From Candidatus Wildermuthbacteria bacterium (lineage in GTDB: Bacteria > Patescibacteriota > Minisyncoccia > Minisyncoccales > UBA10102), in NCBI GenBank assembly GCA_016181405.1, contig JACOZJ010000002.1:138608-202607 (forward strand): a stretch of DNA of 64,000 nucleotides. The letters are read 5' to 3'. A program made the position numbers and the translations under genes. Within the stretch, counting starts at the first letter, position 1. Each line of letters starts with the position of its first letter. Below the pieces are notes generated by a model that had not been told where the DNA came from, did no database searches, and saw nothing but the letters and a program-made list of their open reading frames with translations. This document shows positions 13,993 to 22,453 of the stretch, in pieces.

Positions 13993-14193
13993 TCATTGGG
14001 GTTTCTCCAGCGCAGTGGTACTCCTCACCAGAATAGGGTGTCGAATGGACTTGCCGTCAGTGCTGATTTGTTCAGCATCCACCACGACATAGGTACCGCG
14101 GTCTGCGGAAATAATTCCTCGGTAGAGTATCCCACTGATTTGGAACTCAACCATCTTGCCAACGAGCGATGATACTGGAATGGCAGTCGCCAT
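13993..14193 (-). CDS. Sm-like (LSm/SmAP-type) small protein (66 aa)
   Basis: AGAAGGAGGAG before the ATG. VSSLVGKMVEFQISGILYRGIISADRGTYVVVDAEQISTDGKSIRHPILVRS aligns by eye to the archaeal SmAP Sm1/Sm2 pattern (G..fRG.l..fD...n.vL.DAEE..dG.....vliRG). Confidence 0.5.
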   Translation of the reverse strand: MATAIPVSSLVGKMVEFQISGILYRGIISADRGTYVVVDAEQISTDGKSIRHPILVRSTTALEKPQ

Positions 14194-14278
14194 GATCTCC
14201 TCCTTCTGAGAGTTTGCTGGAGGGACGAGGCAAGTTGCTTTCGCAACCCCTCGCCCCTCCGCCTTTCCGGGAAGTTCG

Positions 14279-14593
14279 TTAAGGAACGAAGTAGGGCTTC
14301 TTGGGCCCCTCGGCCCCGATAAATGCCCGATGGCGAGCCCGTCGGTCACTCCTGGTCACCTGCCCCTTGCGCTGGAGTAGGGCAAACCCGACTCGGCAAG
14401 TCCGCACTTCCACGTCGCACGGGATCATGCCAATGAAAGCTTCTGGAAGCAACACATACTTGCACTGCCTCTTCTGAAGCTTTTCCACCGCCTCCCTGGC
14501 AGTGTTGCATGTAATACGCCTGCGTGGGGGCGTCTTGTAAAAAAACGCCTCCACAGGAGCTATCTCCACCGCAACGATAGAAAGAACTGCCAT
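14279..14593 (-). CDS. hypothetical basic protein (104 aa)
   Basis: GGGGAGGG 6 nt before the ATG. MAVLSIVAVEIAPVEAFFYKTPPRRRITCNTAREAVEKLQ... Confidence 0.5.
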   Translation of the reverse strand: MAVLSIVAVEIAPVEAFFYKTPPRRRITCNTAREAVEKLQKRQCKYVLLPEAFIGMIPCDVEVRTCRVGFALLQRKGQVTRSDRRARHRAFIGAEGPKKPYFVP

Positions 14594-14700
14594 GATACCC
14601 TCCCCTCAATCCGCTTGTGGGCGAACGCCAGGCCAGATTTGGTTTGTAGCCTGGTAAGAATCTCATCCGCCAGCTGGCGGGCAAACTCCTATCAAGCTGC

Positions 14701-14729
14701 AACAAAAAACCCTCCCGGCTGGGAGGATT
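14701..14729 (-). terminator. attenuator terminator, module D
   Basis: Minus strand AATCCTCCC-agcc-GGGAGGGTT-TTTTGTT. Confidence 0.75.
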
Positions 14730-14766
14730 TTTGTTTCGGATTTAAGCTTGTTCTCTTTTGCTTTTC

Positions 14767-14844
14767 CTACTGTAAATCTCCCAACCTTAGTAAGGGGGTA
14801 AAGAAAGCAAAAAAGAAAAAGTTTTTCGATGCGCTATACTGCAT
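14767..14844 (-). CDS. candidate leader peptide D (25 aa, Phe run)
   Basis: MQYSASKNFFFFAFFTPLLRLGDLQ (TTT TTC TTT TTT GCT TTC TTT). GGTTGGGAGATT (14786-14775) pairs with AATCCTCCCAGCC (14729-14717), the terminator 5' arm. Confidence 0.55.
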   Translation of the reverse strand: MQYSASKNFFFFAFFTPLLRLGDLQ

Positions 14845-14859
14845 ATTCTGTATACCGGC

Positions 14860-14888
14860 AGTATATACCAACAAGCGTTTCGTGTCAA
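14860..14888 (-). promoter_or_regulatory. sigma70-type promoter, module D
   Basis: Minus strand GGGGTTGACA-N17-TATACT. Confidence 0.7.
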
Positions 14889-14949
14889 CCCCATTAGAGG
14901 CAAAGGCGCGCTGCGAGCCCTCGCGGCCTCTAACGGGGAACCCCATCTC

Positions 14950-14990
14950 AAAAAATATGGGCAGAATCCTTTTACAAAAGGATTCTGCCC
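14950..14990 (-). terminator. intrinsic terminator after the Trp-rich ORF
   Basis: Minus strand GGGCAGAATCCTTTT-gt-AAAAGGATTCTGCCC followed by ATATTTTTTGAG. Confidence 0.8.
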
Positions 14991-15015
14991 CGAAAAGAGC
15001 TATGCGCTGGGGTCT

Positions 15016-15330
15016 CTACTCCCAAAGCGGAAAAAAACGGAAGCAAAGCGTACCATTGTCTGCAATCCAGAAGGGCAGGATACGCGACCAGAAAATCAGC
15101 TCCTCAAGAATCATATCTTCGGTTTCCAGAGAAAAAAGCTGCCGAAGGGCCTCCCGCACTTTCTGCTGAAAACCCCTCTGCCATATCTCTTCCAGCTCAT
15201 TCGGAAACTGCCGCGTAAAGTCCAAAACCTCCTGCGGAATCTCCATCCATCGCGGCGGCCACTCACAGTGCCGACCCCACGTTTCATCCCTTGTACCGGC
15301 GTTGCGATGCAACAGAAGCCCCGTTTCCAT
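15016..15330 (-). CDS. hypothetical Trp-rich protein (104 aa, 7 Trp)
   Basis: AAAGGAGCGGGGAG directly before the ATG. METGLLLHRNAGTRDETWGRHCEWPPRWMEIPQEV...IFWSRILPFWIADNGTLCFRFFPLWE. Confidence 0.5.
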   Translation of the reverse strand: METGLLLHRNAGTRDETWGRHCEWPPRWMEIPQEVLDFTRQFPNELEEIWQRGFQQKVREALRQLFSLETEDMILEELIFWSRILPFWIADNGTLCFRFFPLWE

Positions 15331-15390
15331 CTCCCCGCTCCTTTTGTGCTGTTCGCTGGGAAATTGCGAGAATCTCCCAACCTGCAACAC

Positions 15391-15421
15391 AAACAAAAAA
15401 CCTCTGGCAAAGTCCAGAGGG
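15391..15421 (-). terminator. attenuator terminator, module E
   Basis: Minus strand CCCTCTGG-actttg-CCAGAGG-TTTTTTGTTTG. Confidence 0.75.
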
Positions 15422-15450
15422 TAAAATGCAAGAAAAGAATTTAAGTATGT

Positions 15451-15540
15451 TTACGCGTCAAACTTGGACTTTGCTTTTAGATATTGCAAAGCCCACCACC
15501 ATACTCGCACGCTATTTTTTATTTGAGGCGCGCTCTTCAT
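15451..15540 (-). CDS. candidate leader peptide E (29 aa, WWW)
   Basis: MKSAPQIKNSVRVWWWALQYLKAKSKFDA (TGG TGG TGG at codons 14-16). The ATG is 6 nt after the -10, so it is leaderless. GCAAAGTCCA (15474-15465) is complementary to TGGACTTTGC (15416-15407) in the terminator. Confidence 0.55.
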   Translation of the reverse strand: MKSAPQIKNSVRVWWWALQYLKAKSKFDA

Positions 15541-15546
15541 ATGCTC

Positions 15547-15575
15547 TATATTACTTTTATACGTAGTGTTGTCAA
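15547..15575 (-). promoter_or_regulatory. sigma70-type promoter, module E
   Basis: Minus strand TTGACA-N17-AATATA. The -35 overlaps the pepP-like stop codon. Confidence 0.6.
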
Positions 15576-16690
15576 GCGATAATCCATTTATCTTTGGGGA
15601 AAGTCGTAAAATTTTCAAATCCATCTTTCTTGACGAGAATATCGTCTTCAATGCGGATGCCGCCAACTTCAGGATAGTACAATCCCGGCTCAATGGTAAT
15701 CACGTTTCCCGGCACAAGCTCATATTCTCCCCTTTCTCCTAGCCGCGGCTCTTCGTGCACCTCCAGCCCTACGCCGTGGCCGGTATTATGGATAAATCCC
15801 CTATCTCCTACGTCATATCCTGCGTCCAACAATATCTCTGCGCATATCTTATGGATATCGCTTGCTTTCTTGCCGGGAGCTATGGCGCGCATGCCTTCTT
15901 CCTGGGCCTTTCGCACCGCCTCATACATTTTTTGGAGTTCTTCTGCCGGAGTTCCTTTTACAAAGGTTCTTGTGACATCTGCGAAATACCTTGTGGCGCG
16001 GCTCTTAGGAAAAATGTCGCAAACAATTGGCTCATGCGGCTTAATTGCGCCTTCCCCGGGATGATGCGGAATCGCAGTCTGCAATCCAGAAGAAATAATT
16101 ATTCCTTCTTCGCTTATCATACCTTCTTCAAACAGCAACTTTTCAACTTCTTTCTTCAAAAACTCGCTTGTGAGAATCGCGCCGCTATAGAAAATATTGT
16201 CCTTTTTGATAACAGACTCTCGCAAAATCTTTTCAATGAGAGCGAATGCCTTTTCGGTTTTTTGGACACTCGAGCGAATCGCCTCCACCTCATCTGCCGT
16301 TTTGCTGGCCCGCTCCGGGTACAAATGAATCCGGGGAACAAGTTTCACTCCCTTGGAACGCAGAAAGTCAGCCAGCAAGAGCGGAAAATTATTGGGCACG
16401 GTGATTATCTCTCCTAAAAGCTCGTACTTTTGCAGCAAATACCATGCTAAATTTTGAAGGTTATCTTTGCTTATCTTTAGCTTTGCGGCCTCCTGCGCAA
16501 GAGGATTAAGAAGCTGGACTTCAATGCTTTGATTTTTATTCCTTTCCTGAAACAGACCGAACTCACGATGATCCAGAAAAACATATTTCTTCAGGCCCAA
16601 ATCAATCAGAAAGAATGGATCCGCAATATCCATTCTTACCGTATAAAATACATCCCGGTTTTTCGTGCTGTCGTAAATGAGTTTTGCCAT
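15572..16690 (-). CDS. Xaa-Pro aminopeptidase (M24B family)
   Basis: Creatinase-like N-domain plus a pita-bread fold. HNTGHGVGLEVHE, ITIEPGLY, GIRIEDD. Confidence 0.85.
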   Translation of the reverse strand: MAKLIYDSTKNRDVFYTVRMDIADPFFLIDLGLKKYVFLDHREFGLFQERNKNQSIEVQLLNPLAQEAAKLKISKDNLQNLAWYLLQKYELLGEIITVPNNFPLLLADFLRSKGVKLVPRIHLYPERASKTADEVEAIRSSVQKTEKAFALIEKILRESVIKKDNIFYSGAILTSEFLKKEVEKLLFEEGMISEEGIIISSGLQTAIPHHPGEGAIKPHEPIVCDIFPKSRATRYFADVTRTFVKGTPAEELQKMYEAVRKAQEEGMRAIAPGKKASDIHKICAEILLDAGYDVGDRGFIHNTGHGVGLEVHEEPRLGERGEYELVPGNVITIEPGLYYPEVGGIRIEDDILVKKDGFENFTTFPKDKWIIA

Positions 16691-18159
16691 TATGCAATCC
16701 GGGGAAAGAGAGCTTCGCTTTTGTGCTCCTGAATTTGTTTTTGGATCTTCGAGGCGGTCTCGGGCAAAAACGGCTTGATCAACTCGCCTATTTCCGTAAT
16801 CGCGAGCAATAAATCGCCGATTACTTCTTTTTGCTCTAGTGATTCAACCCAAGGCTTTTTATCGTCGATATATTTGTCACAAAAGTGAATAATCTCCCAG
16901 ATTGCAATCAAAGCATCGTTAAACCGAAACTCCTCGAACGCGTCATTCACTTTCTGCCTCGTTCCGTTTAGAATTTCCTGAAGTTTTTTATTTTGAATTT
17001 GTTTCGGATTTCGTGCTTCGAATTTCGGGTTTATCTTGTCTACAAGAGTCAGCACTCTCGCAACGAGATTCCCCAGCCCTCCTGCCAAATCCGCATTATA
17101 CCGCGTCTCAAACTTCTCATAGCTAAAATCGCCGTCTCCCGCAGATGGAATCTCGCGCAACAGAAAATAGCGCACGGCGTCAACGCCATATTTATCGACC
17201 AGCTCGAAAGGATCTACCACATTTCCTAAACTTTTCGACATTTTCTTGCCGTCTGCCGTAACATACCCATGCACAAAAAGGGTTTTTGGCAACGGCAAGC
17301 CTGCCGACAAAAGAAATGCAGGCCAATACACCGCGTGAAAGCGAATAATCCCCTTGCCGATTACATGCACGTCTGCCGGCCACCATTTCTTGTATTTTGC
17401 ATCACCTGCCTCGTCGGCAGACGGGTCTGAACCAAACCCTATGCCCGATTGATAGATATTGAGGGCATCGAACCACACGTACATTCGCTGGCTTTCGTCT
17501 CCCGGCACGGGCACACCCCAGTTTTTAGCGCGCTCGTTGGACCGTGAAATGCTGATATCTTCAAGTGGCTGTTTTAAAAAGGCGAACACTTCATTTTTCC
17601 TTTCAGCAGGAACAATTCGCAACTCGCCCTTTTCTATTAGCTCAACCAACTGGGATTGATAACGAGACAGCTTGAAAAAATAGTTTTCCTCCGACACCTT
17701 CTCCAGTTTCTTTCCGGGGTGCTCAAAACATTCTCCATTCTCATTGAGTTCGTCTGGAGTATAGAAGGTTTCACATCCCACGCAATACAATCCTTCATAT
17801 TCTTTTTTATAAATATCGCCCGCTTTTTCGCACAGATCCCACAGCTTCTGGCTTGAAATATGATGCGCCTTGCTGCTTCCTTTCTGAAATACATCAAGTT
17901 GCACGAAGAGAGCCCCTGCCAATTGCTGAAAAAGCTTGGCGTTCTCATCAATAAATTTTTGTACGGGCACCCCGGCTTTTTCTGCTGCCTGCACGTTTTT
18001 TAAAGCGTTTTCATCACTCCCGGACAAAAGCAAAACCTCCTCACCCTTGAGGCGGTGAAATCGAGCTATTACATCCGCCTGAACAAACTCTAAAGCATGC
18101 CCAATATGCGGACGCGCGTTTACGTATGGGATCGCTGTGGTAACGTAAAACTTTTTCAT
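16690..18159 (-). CDS. metG: methionine--tRNA ligase
   Basis: [18 protein letters not shown] (HIGH) and [10 protein letters not shown] (KMSKS), with a class Ia layout. Confidence 0.92.
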   Translation of the reverse strand: MKKFYVTTAIPYVNARPHIGHALEFVQADVIARFHRLKGEEVLLLSGSDENALKNVQAAEKAGVPVQKFIDENAKLFQQLAGALFVQLDVFQKGSSKAHHISSQKLWDLCEKAGDIYKKEYEGLYCVGCETFYTPDELNENGECFEHPGKKLEKVSEENYFFKLSRYQSQLVELIEKGELRIVPAERKNEVFAFLKQPLEDISISRSNERAKNWGVPVPGDESQRMYVWFDALNIYQSGIGFGSDPSADEAGDAKYKKWWPADVHVIGKGIIRFHAVYWPAFLLSAGLPLPKTLFVHGYVTADGKKMSKSLGNVVDPFELVDKYGVDAVRYFLLREIPSAGDGDFSYEKFETRYNADLAGGLGNLVARVLTLVDKINPKFEARNPKQIQNKKLQEILNGTRQKVNDAFEEFRFNDALIAIWEIIHFCDKYIDDKKPWVESLEQKEVIGDLLLAITEIGELIKPFLPETASKIQKQIQEHKSEALFPRIA

Positions 18160-18160
18160 A

Positions 18161-20536
18161 TTATTCTTTCCACTTCCAGTTTTTCACTTCAGGCATATCC
18201 TCGCCATGTTCGACAACATACTTGTGATGTGCGTCGAGTTTCGTATCCATAAGCTTGAGCAATGCCTTTTCTCTCACTTTCTTCTTCGGCAGTGAATTGA
18301 CGACATACTGCACGAGATGGAAACGGTCAATGGAGTTCAAAACAGTCATGTCGAAGGGCGTCGTCGTCGTTCCTTCCTCCATGTAACCGTACACGTGCAT
18401 GTTTTCATGGTTCGGCCTCGCATAGGTGAGGCGGTGAATGAGGGATGAATAGCCATGAAAGACGAACGTGATGGGCTTATCTGCAGTAAACAGGCGCTCG
18501 AACTCACCATCGGTGAGACCGTGCGGATGATTTTTGTGCGGCCGGAGCGTCATGAGGTCCACGACATTAACAACACGCACTTTGAGCTCCGGCAGATGCT
18601 CGCGCAGTATCGAGACGGCCGCCAAAGCTTCAAGCGTTGGTACATCACCGGCGCATGCGAGGACCGCATCCGGTTTCCTGCCGCCGTCCGTGCTCGCCCA
18701 CCTGACAGCCCCTATTCCTTTGCTGCAAAGCTCCATTGCTTCGCTCATTGAGAACCATTCTGGCATCGGATGCTTCCCCGCGACGATGATGTTTATCTTG
18801 TGCATCGTCTGGAAACACACATGCATAACAGCGAGCAAGGTGTTGGAATCGGGCGGCAGGTAAGCCCGCACGATATCTGCTTTTTTCATGTAGATGTGAT
18901 CGAGAAAGCCGGGGTCCTGATGCGTAAATCCGTTGTGTCCCTGCCTCCACACGTGTGAAGAAATAAGATAATTCAAAGATGCCAGCGGCTTTCGCCATTT
19001 GAGATTGCTCGCGATGTCGAGCCATTTCGCGTGCTGATTAAACATCGAATTGACGATGTGGATGAACGCTTCGTAACACGTGAATAGGCCGTGCCGCCCC
19101 GTAAGGAGATACCCTTCAAGCCATCCCTCACACTGGTGTTCGCTTAAAACCTCCATCACCCGGCCCGAGCGCGCCGTAAAATCGTCCTCGCTTGAATATT
19201 CGCCCATCCACTGACGATTCGTCGCCTCAAAGACGGCACCGAGGCCGTTCGAGACCACTTCGTCAGGACCAAAGAGCCGAAAGTTGCTCGTGTTGGCTTT
19301 AATGACATCGCGCAAGTATCGTGCGAACACCCTCGTGGCGCCCTCACCCTCGGCCCCACGCGTCTCGACAGGGACAGCATATTTCTTGAAATCTGGCAAC
19401 GTAAGCTTCTTTAAGAGAAGCCCACCGTTCGCGTGGGGATTTGCCCCCATGCGCTGTTTCCCTTTCGGCGCAAGCTCCGCAAGCTCTGGCAAAAACATGC
19501 CCTTCTTATCAAAAAGCTCTTCTGACCGATAACTCCTCATCCACCTAACAAATTCATCAAAGTGCTCCTTGTTGGTCTTGAGATCCGGATAGATAACCTG
19601 ATGGGATCTGTGCGTGCCGGTATTGCGCCTACCATCTATTTCCTTTGGCCCTGTCCATCCTTTTGGCGTGATGAGTATGAGCATTGGCCAACGGGGTCGC
19701 TCGATGACACCCCTCTCGCGCGCGTCAGCTTGTATGCGTTTGATATCCTCTATGGCGTTGTCGAGCGTCGCGGCAAAAGTCTGATGCATCGTATACGGAT
19801 TTTCGCCTTCCACAACATACGGCACCCAACCGTAACCGCGAAAAAGTTCATTGAGCTCCTCTCGCGATATGCCGGCAAAAATAGTAGGATTAGCTATTTT
19901 ATGCCCATTGAGATGCAGTATGGGAAGCACCGCGCCATCGGTCATCGGATTAAGGAATTTATTTGAATGCCACGCGGTCGCAAGCGGACCCGTCTCAGCT
20001 TCGCCATCGCCCACCACACATGCGGCGACGAGATCGGGATTGTCAAACACCGCGCCAAAGGCATGCGAAAGTGAATAGCCGAGTTCGCCTCCTTCGTGGA
20101 TTGAACCAGGGCATTCGGGCGTAACATGACTCCCCACGCCGCCCGGAGACGAGAACTGCTTGAAGAGTTTCTTTAACCCTTTTTCATCCTGCGTAATACC
20201 CGGGTACACCTCGCTATACGTACCCTCAAGATACGTGTTTGCGATAAGAGCCGGTCCCCCATGCCCGGGACCGGAGATATAGATCATGTCCAGATCGTAC
20301 TTTTTGATTACCCTATTCAAATGAACATAGATAAAATTCTGGCCCGGCGACGTACCCCAATGCCCCATGAGGAGCGGCTTGATATCCCTCTGTGAAAGCG
20401 CTACGCGCATCAGAGGATTATCACGCAGGTAGATCTGCCCCACTGAGAGGTAGTTGGCCGCGCGCCAATACGCGTCCATCTTCTCGATAGTTTCCTTTGG
20501 CAAATAGTTTTCTCTTTTTATCTTACTGTTAGGCAT
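18161..20536 (-). CDS. xfp: xylulose-5-phosphate/fructose-6-phosphate phosphoketolase
   Basis: 791 aa. [33 protein letters not shown] and [15 protein letters not shown] are signature blocks. Confidence 0.93.
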   Translation of the reverse strand: MPNSKIKRENYLPKETIEKMDAYWRAANYLSVGQIYLRDNPLMRVALSQRDIKPLLMGHWGTSPGQNFIYVHLNRVIKKYDLDMIYISGPGHGGPALIANTYLEGTYSEVYPGITQDEKGLKKLFKQFSSPGGVGSHVTPECPGSIHEGGELGYSLSHAFGAVFDNPDLVAACVVGDGEAETGPLATAWHSNKFLNPMTDGAVLPILHLNGHKIANPTIFAGISREELNELFRGYGWVPYVVEGENPYTMHQTFAATLDNAIEDIKRIQADARERGVIERPRWPMLILITPKGWTGPKEIDGRRNTGTHRSHQVIYPDLKTNKEHFDEFVRWMRSYRSEELFDKKGMFLPELAELAPKGKQRMGANPHANGGLLLKKLTLPDFKKYAVPVETRGAEGEGATRVFARYLRDVIKANTSNFRLFGPDEVVSNGLGAVFEATNRQWMGEYSSEDDFTARSGRVMEVLSEHQCEGWLEGYLLTGRHGLFTCYEAFIHIVNSMFNQHAKWLDIASNLKWRKPLASLNYLISSHVWRQGHNGFTHQDPGFLDHIYMKKADIVRAYLPPDSNTLLAVMHVCFQTMHKINIIVAGKHPMPEWFSMSEAMELCSKGIGAVRWASTDGGRKPDAVLACAGDVPTLEALAAVSILREHLPELKVRVVNVVDLMTLRPHKNHPHGLTDGEFERLFTADKPITFVFHGYSSLIHRLTYARPNHENMHVYGYMEEGTTTTPFDMTVLNSIDRFHLVQYVVNSLPKKKVREKALLKLMDTKLDAHHKYVVEHGEDMPEVKNWKWKE

Positions 20537-20544
20537 AATGTAAT

Positions 20545-21492
20545 TTACGATTTCACTTGAGACGCAACAATAGCCACGGTGTGAGCAATCTCCTCGACCG
20601 TTGCGCCACGGGAGAGATCGCTGATTGGCTTCTTCAACCCTTGAACTATCGGACCGAGCGCTATCGCCCCCGGGACCAATCGTACAACAAGTTTGTAGGC
20701 AATATTTGCAGCGTCCAGCGAAGGGAAAATAAGTACATTTGCATGCCCACCGAGCACATTGCCCGGCGCTTTGCGAGCTGAGATACTTTCATCGAGCGCG
20801 GCGTCCACCTGCATCTCTCCATCCACGATAAGTTCAGGTCGCCGTTCTTTAACAAGCGCAAGCGCGTTCCGGACCACACCAACCGAGACACCGCTCCCTG
20901 AACCGTGCGTGCTGTATGAAAGGAGGGCCACGCGCGGCTCATCTCCGACGACATCAAACCTCGCATCAGCTGCGGCGACAGCGATATCTGCAAGCTGTTC
21001 GGCCGTGGGATCTGGAACTACGGCGCAGTCGGCGAATGTCAGGATTTCTTCGCCCTCCCCTCCGCGAAAGGGCGGCATAATCATGTACATCGAACTCGAA
21101 ACAGTTTGTATTCCCTCAGCTTTTCCTACAAGCCAGAGTCCCGCGCGAAGTACTTCCGCGGTCGTTCGCGAAACACCGGCGACCAGTCCGTCTGCTTCGC
21201 CAAGGCGCAAAAGATACGCCCCGTACCAAAGAGGATCATGCGCGAGTTTTCTTGCCGTTTCAACAGTAAGCTCATCCTTAGTGCCAACTTTGGACGAACG
21301 CACCTCAAGCAGAAGCTTCTCAAGCTCTGCCGCGCGAGCCCCATCTATCTCCACAGAGATTGGCTCTGCGAACTTCTTCTCTTTGATCTGCTCCATTGCC
21401 TGCTGAACGCGTTCATCGTCTGGCTCTGGCAGGAGAATCTTTGGCACGTGTCCTTCAGCAGGAGAGGTAAGTTTTGTTAGAAAAGTATTCAT
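20545..21492 (-). CDS. pta: phosphate acetyltransferase
   Basis: PTA_PTB domain. [36 protein letters not shown]. Adjacent to xfp. Confidence 0.88.
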   Translation of the reverse strand: MNTFLTKLTSPAEGHVPKILLPEPDDERVQQAMEQIKEKKFAEPISVEIDGARAAELEKLLLEVRSSKVGTKDELTVETARKLAHDPLWYGAYLLRLGEADGLVAGVSRTTAEVLRAGLWLVGKAEGIQTVSSSMYMIMPPFRGGEGEEILTFADCAVVPDPTAEQLADIAVAAADARFDVVGDEPRVALLSYSTHGSGSGVSVGVVRNALALVKERRPELIVDGEMQVDAALDESISARKAPGNVLGGHANVLIFPSLDAANIAYKLVVRLVPGAIALGPIVQGLKKPISDLSRGATVEEIAHTVAIVASQVKS

Positions 21493-21530
21493 GTTTCCCT
21501 TATATTATTTGAGGTTACCACATTGGGCAG

Positions 21531-21593
21531 CAAACAAAAAATACCCAGTTTGGGTACCGCGAAACAAAAGCAAAGACGCTACTTTTGTTTCGC
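21531..21593 (-). promoter_or_regulatory. tandem hairpins plus T run in the pta 5' region
   Basis: Minus strand GCGAAACAAAAG-11 nt-CTTTTGTTTCGC, then TACCCA-aac-TGGGTA-TTTTTTGTTTG, about 40 nt before the pta ATG. Confidence 0.45.
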
Positions 21594-21753
21594 TCAAAAC
21601 GTCATCTCCACAAGGTTTTTATGGACTATATTCTGCGTGTTCGCAACCCCCCTGCAGCAGCGAAAACTCCTTCCCCAGCGGGAAAAGGATTTTTGACTTC
21701 CCTTTTTTCCTCTCAATGATTGCCTCATGCGATATACACGTATTGTAGGAAAT

Positions 21754-22452
21754 TTATTCTCTTCCGTCAATGCGTACGATCACCACAAACTCGCCTTTTG
21801 GAACTTCCCGCTTGAGCTGTTTTGCAACTTCTGCGGTGGTGCCGCGATAGATGGTTTCGAACTTTTTCGTAAGTTCCCTTCCCACCACGATACTATAATT
21901 TTCAGCGGCCGGTGAGTCTCGTAGTATCCCCTGAAGCTCTTCTAAACTTTTTATAATACGGTAAGGGGATTCGTAGAAGATAACAGGATGGGACGATGTC
22001 GCTACTTCTTCGAAGAATTTTTTGCGCCCTTTTTTCACCGGAGGAAAACCGAGAAAGAAAAACCTATCCATGGGAAAACCGGCAACGCTGGCGATTGCAG
22101 TTAAGGCAGACGGGCCGGGAATCGGAATAATTTTTACTTCGGGCAGCTCCTTGGAAACTTCTTCGATGAGTTTGTTTCCTGGATCTGAAATTCCGGGGGT
22201 GCCTGCGTCTGAAACTAAGGCAAGATTTTTCCCCTCACGCAGATACTGAAGAATTTCTTGCACCCTTTGAAGGGCGCTGTGCTGATGATAACTTATCAAG
22301 GGCTTCTGTATGGAATGCCGTTTGAGCAGCACATTTGTTACGCGCGTATCCTCGCATAAGATATAATCAACCTCGCTCAACACGCGCAACGCCCGCAACG
22401 TAATATCTTCAAGGTTCCCGATTGGAGTAGCGACAATGTAAAGTGTTGACAT
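21754..22452 (-). CDS. rsmI: 16S rRNA (cytidine1402-2'-O)-methyltransferase
   Basis: LYIVATPIGNLEDITLRALRVL, EDTR, SDAGTPGISDPG. Confidence 0.88.
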   Translation of the reverse strand: MSTLYIVATPIGNLEDITLRALRVLSEVDYILCEDTRVTNVLLKRHSIQKPLISYHQHSALQRVQEILQYLREGKNLALVSDAGTPGISDPGNKLIEEVSKELPEVKIIPIPGPSALTAIASVAGFPMDRFFFLGFPPVKKGRKKFFEEVATSSHPVIFYESPYRIIKSLEELQGILRDSPAAENYSIVVGRELTKKFETIYRGTTAEVAKQLKREVPKGEFVVIVRIDGRE

Positions 22453-22453
22453 G

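Noticed and set aside
10881-15575. Island 1 interpreted as a prophage or integrative element using the tRNA as its attachment site.
   Set aside because: I found no integrase, recombinase, capsid or terminase-like ORF and no direct repeat of the tRNA 3' end. Foreign origin is suggested only by composition, so I make no mobile-element call.
20759-21406. Long antisense ORFs inside GC-richer genes, including 20759-21406, 23885-24505, 37285-38064, 61163-61696, 55758-56345 and 40904-41251.
   Set aside because: Each lies fully within a well-supported gene on the opposite strand and has a biased, low-complexity translation. These are typical shadow ORFs.
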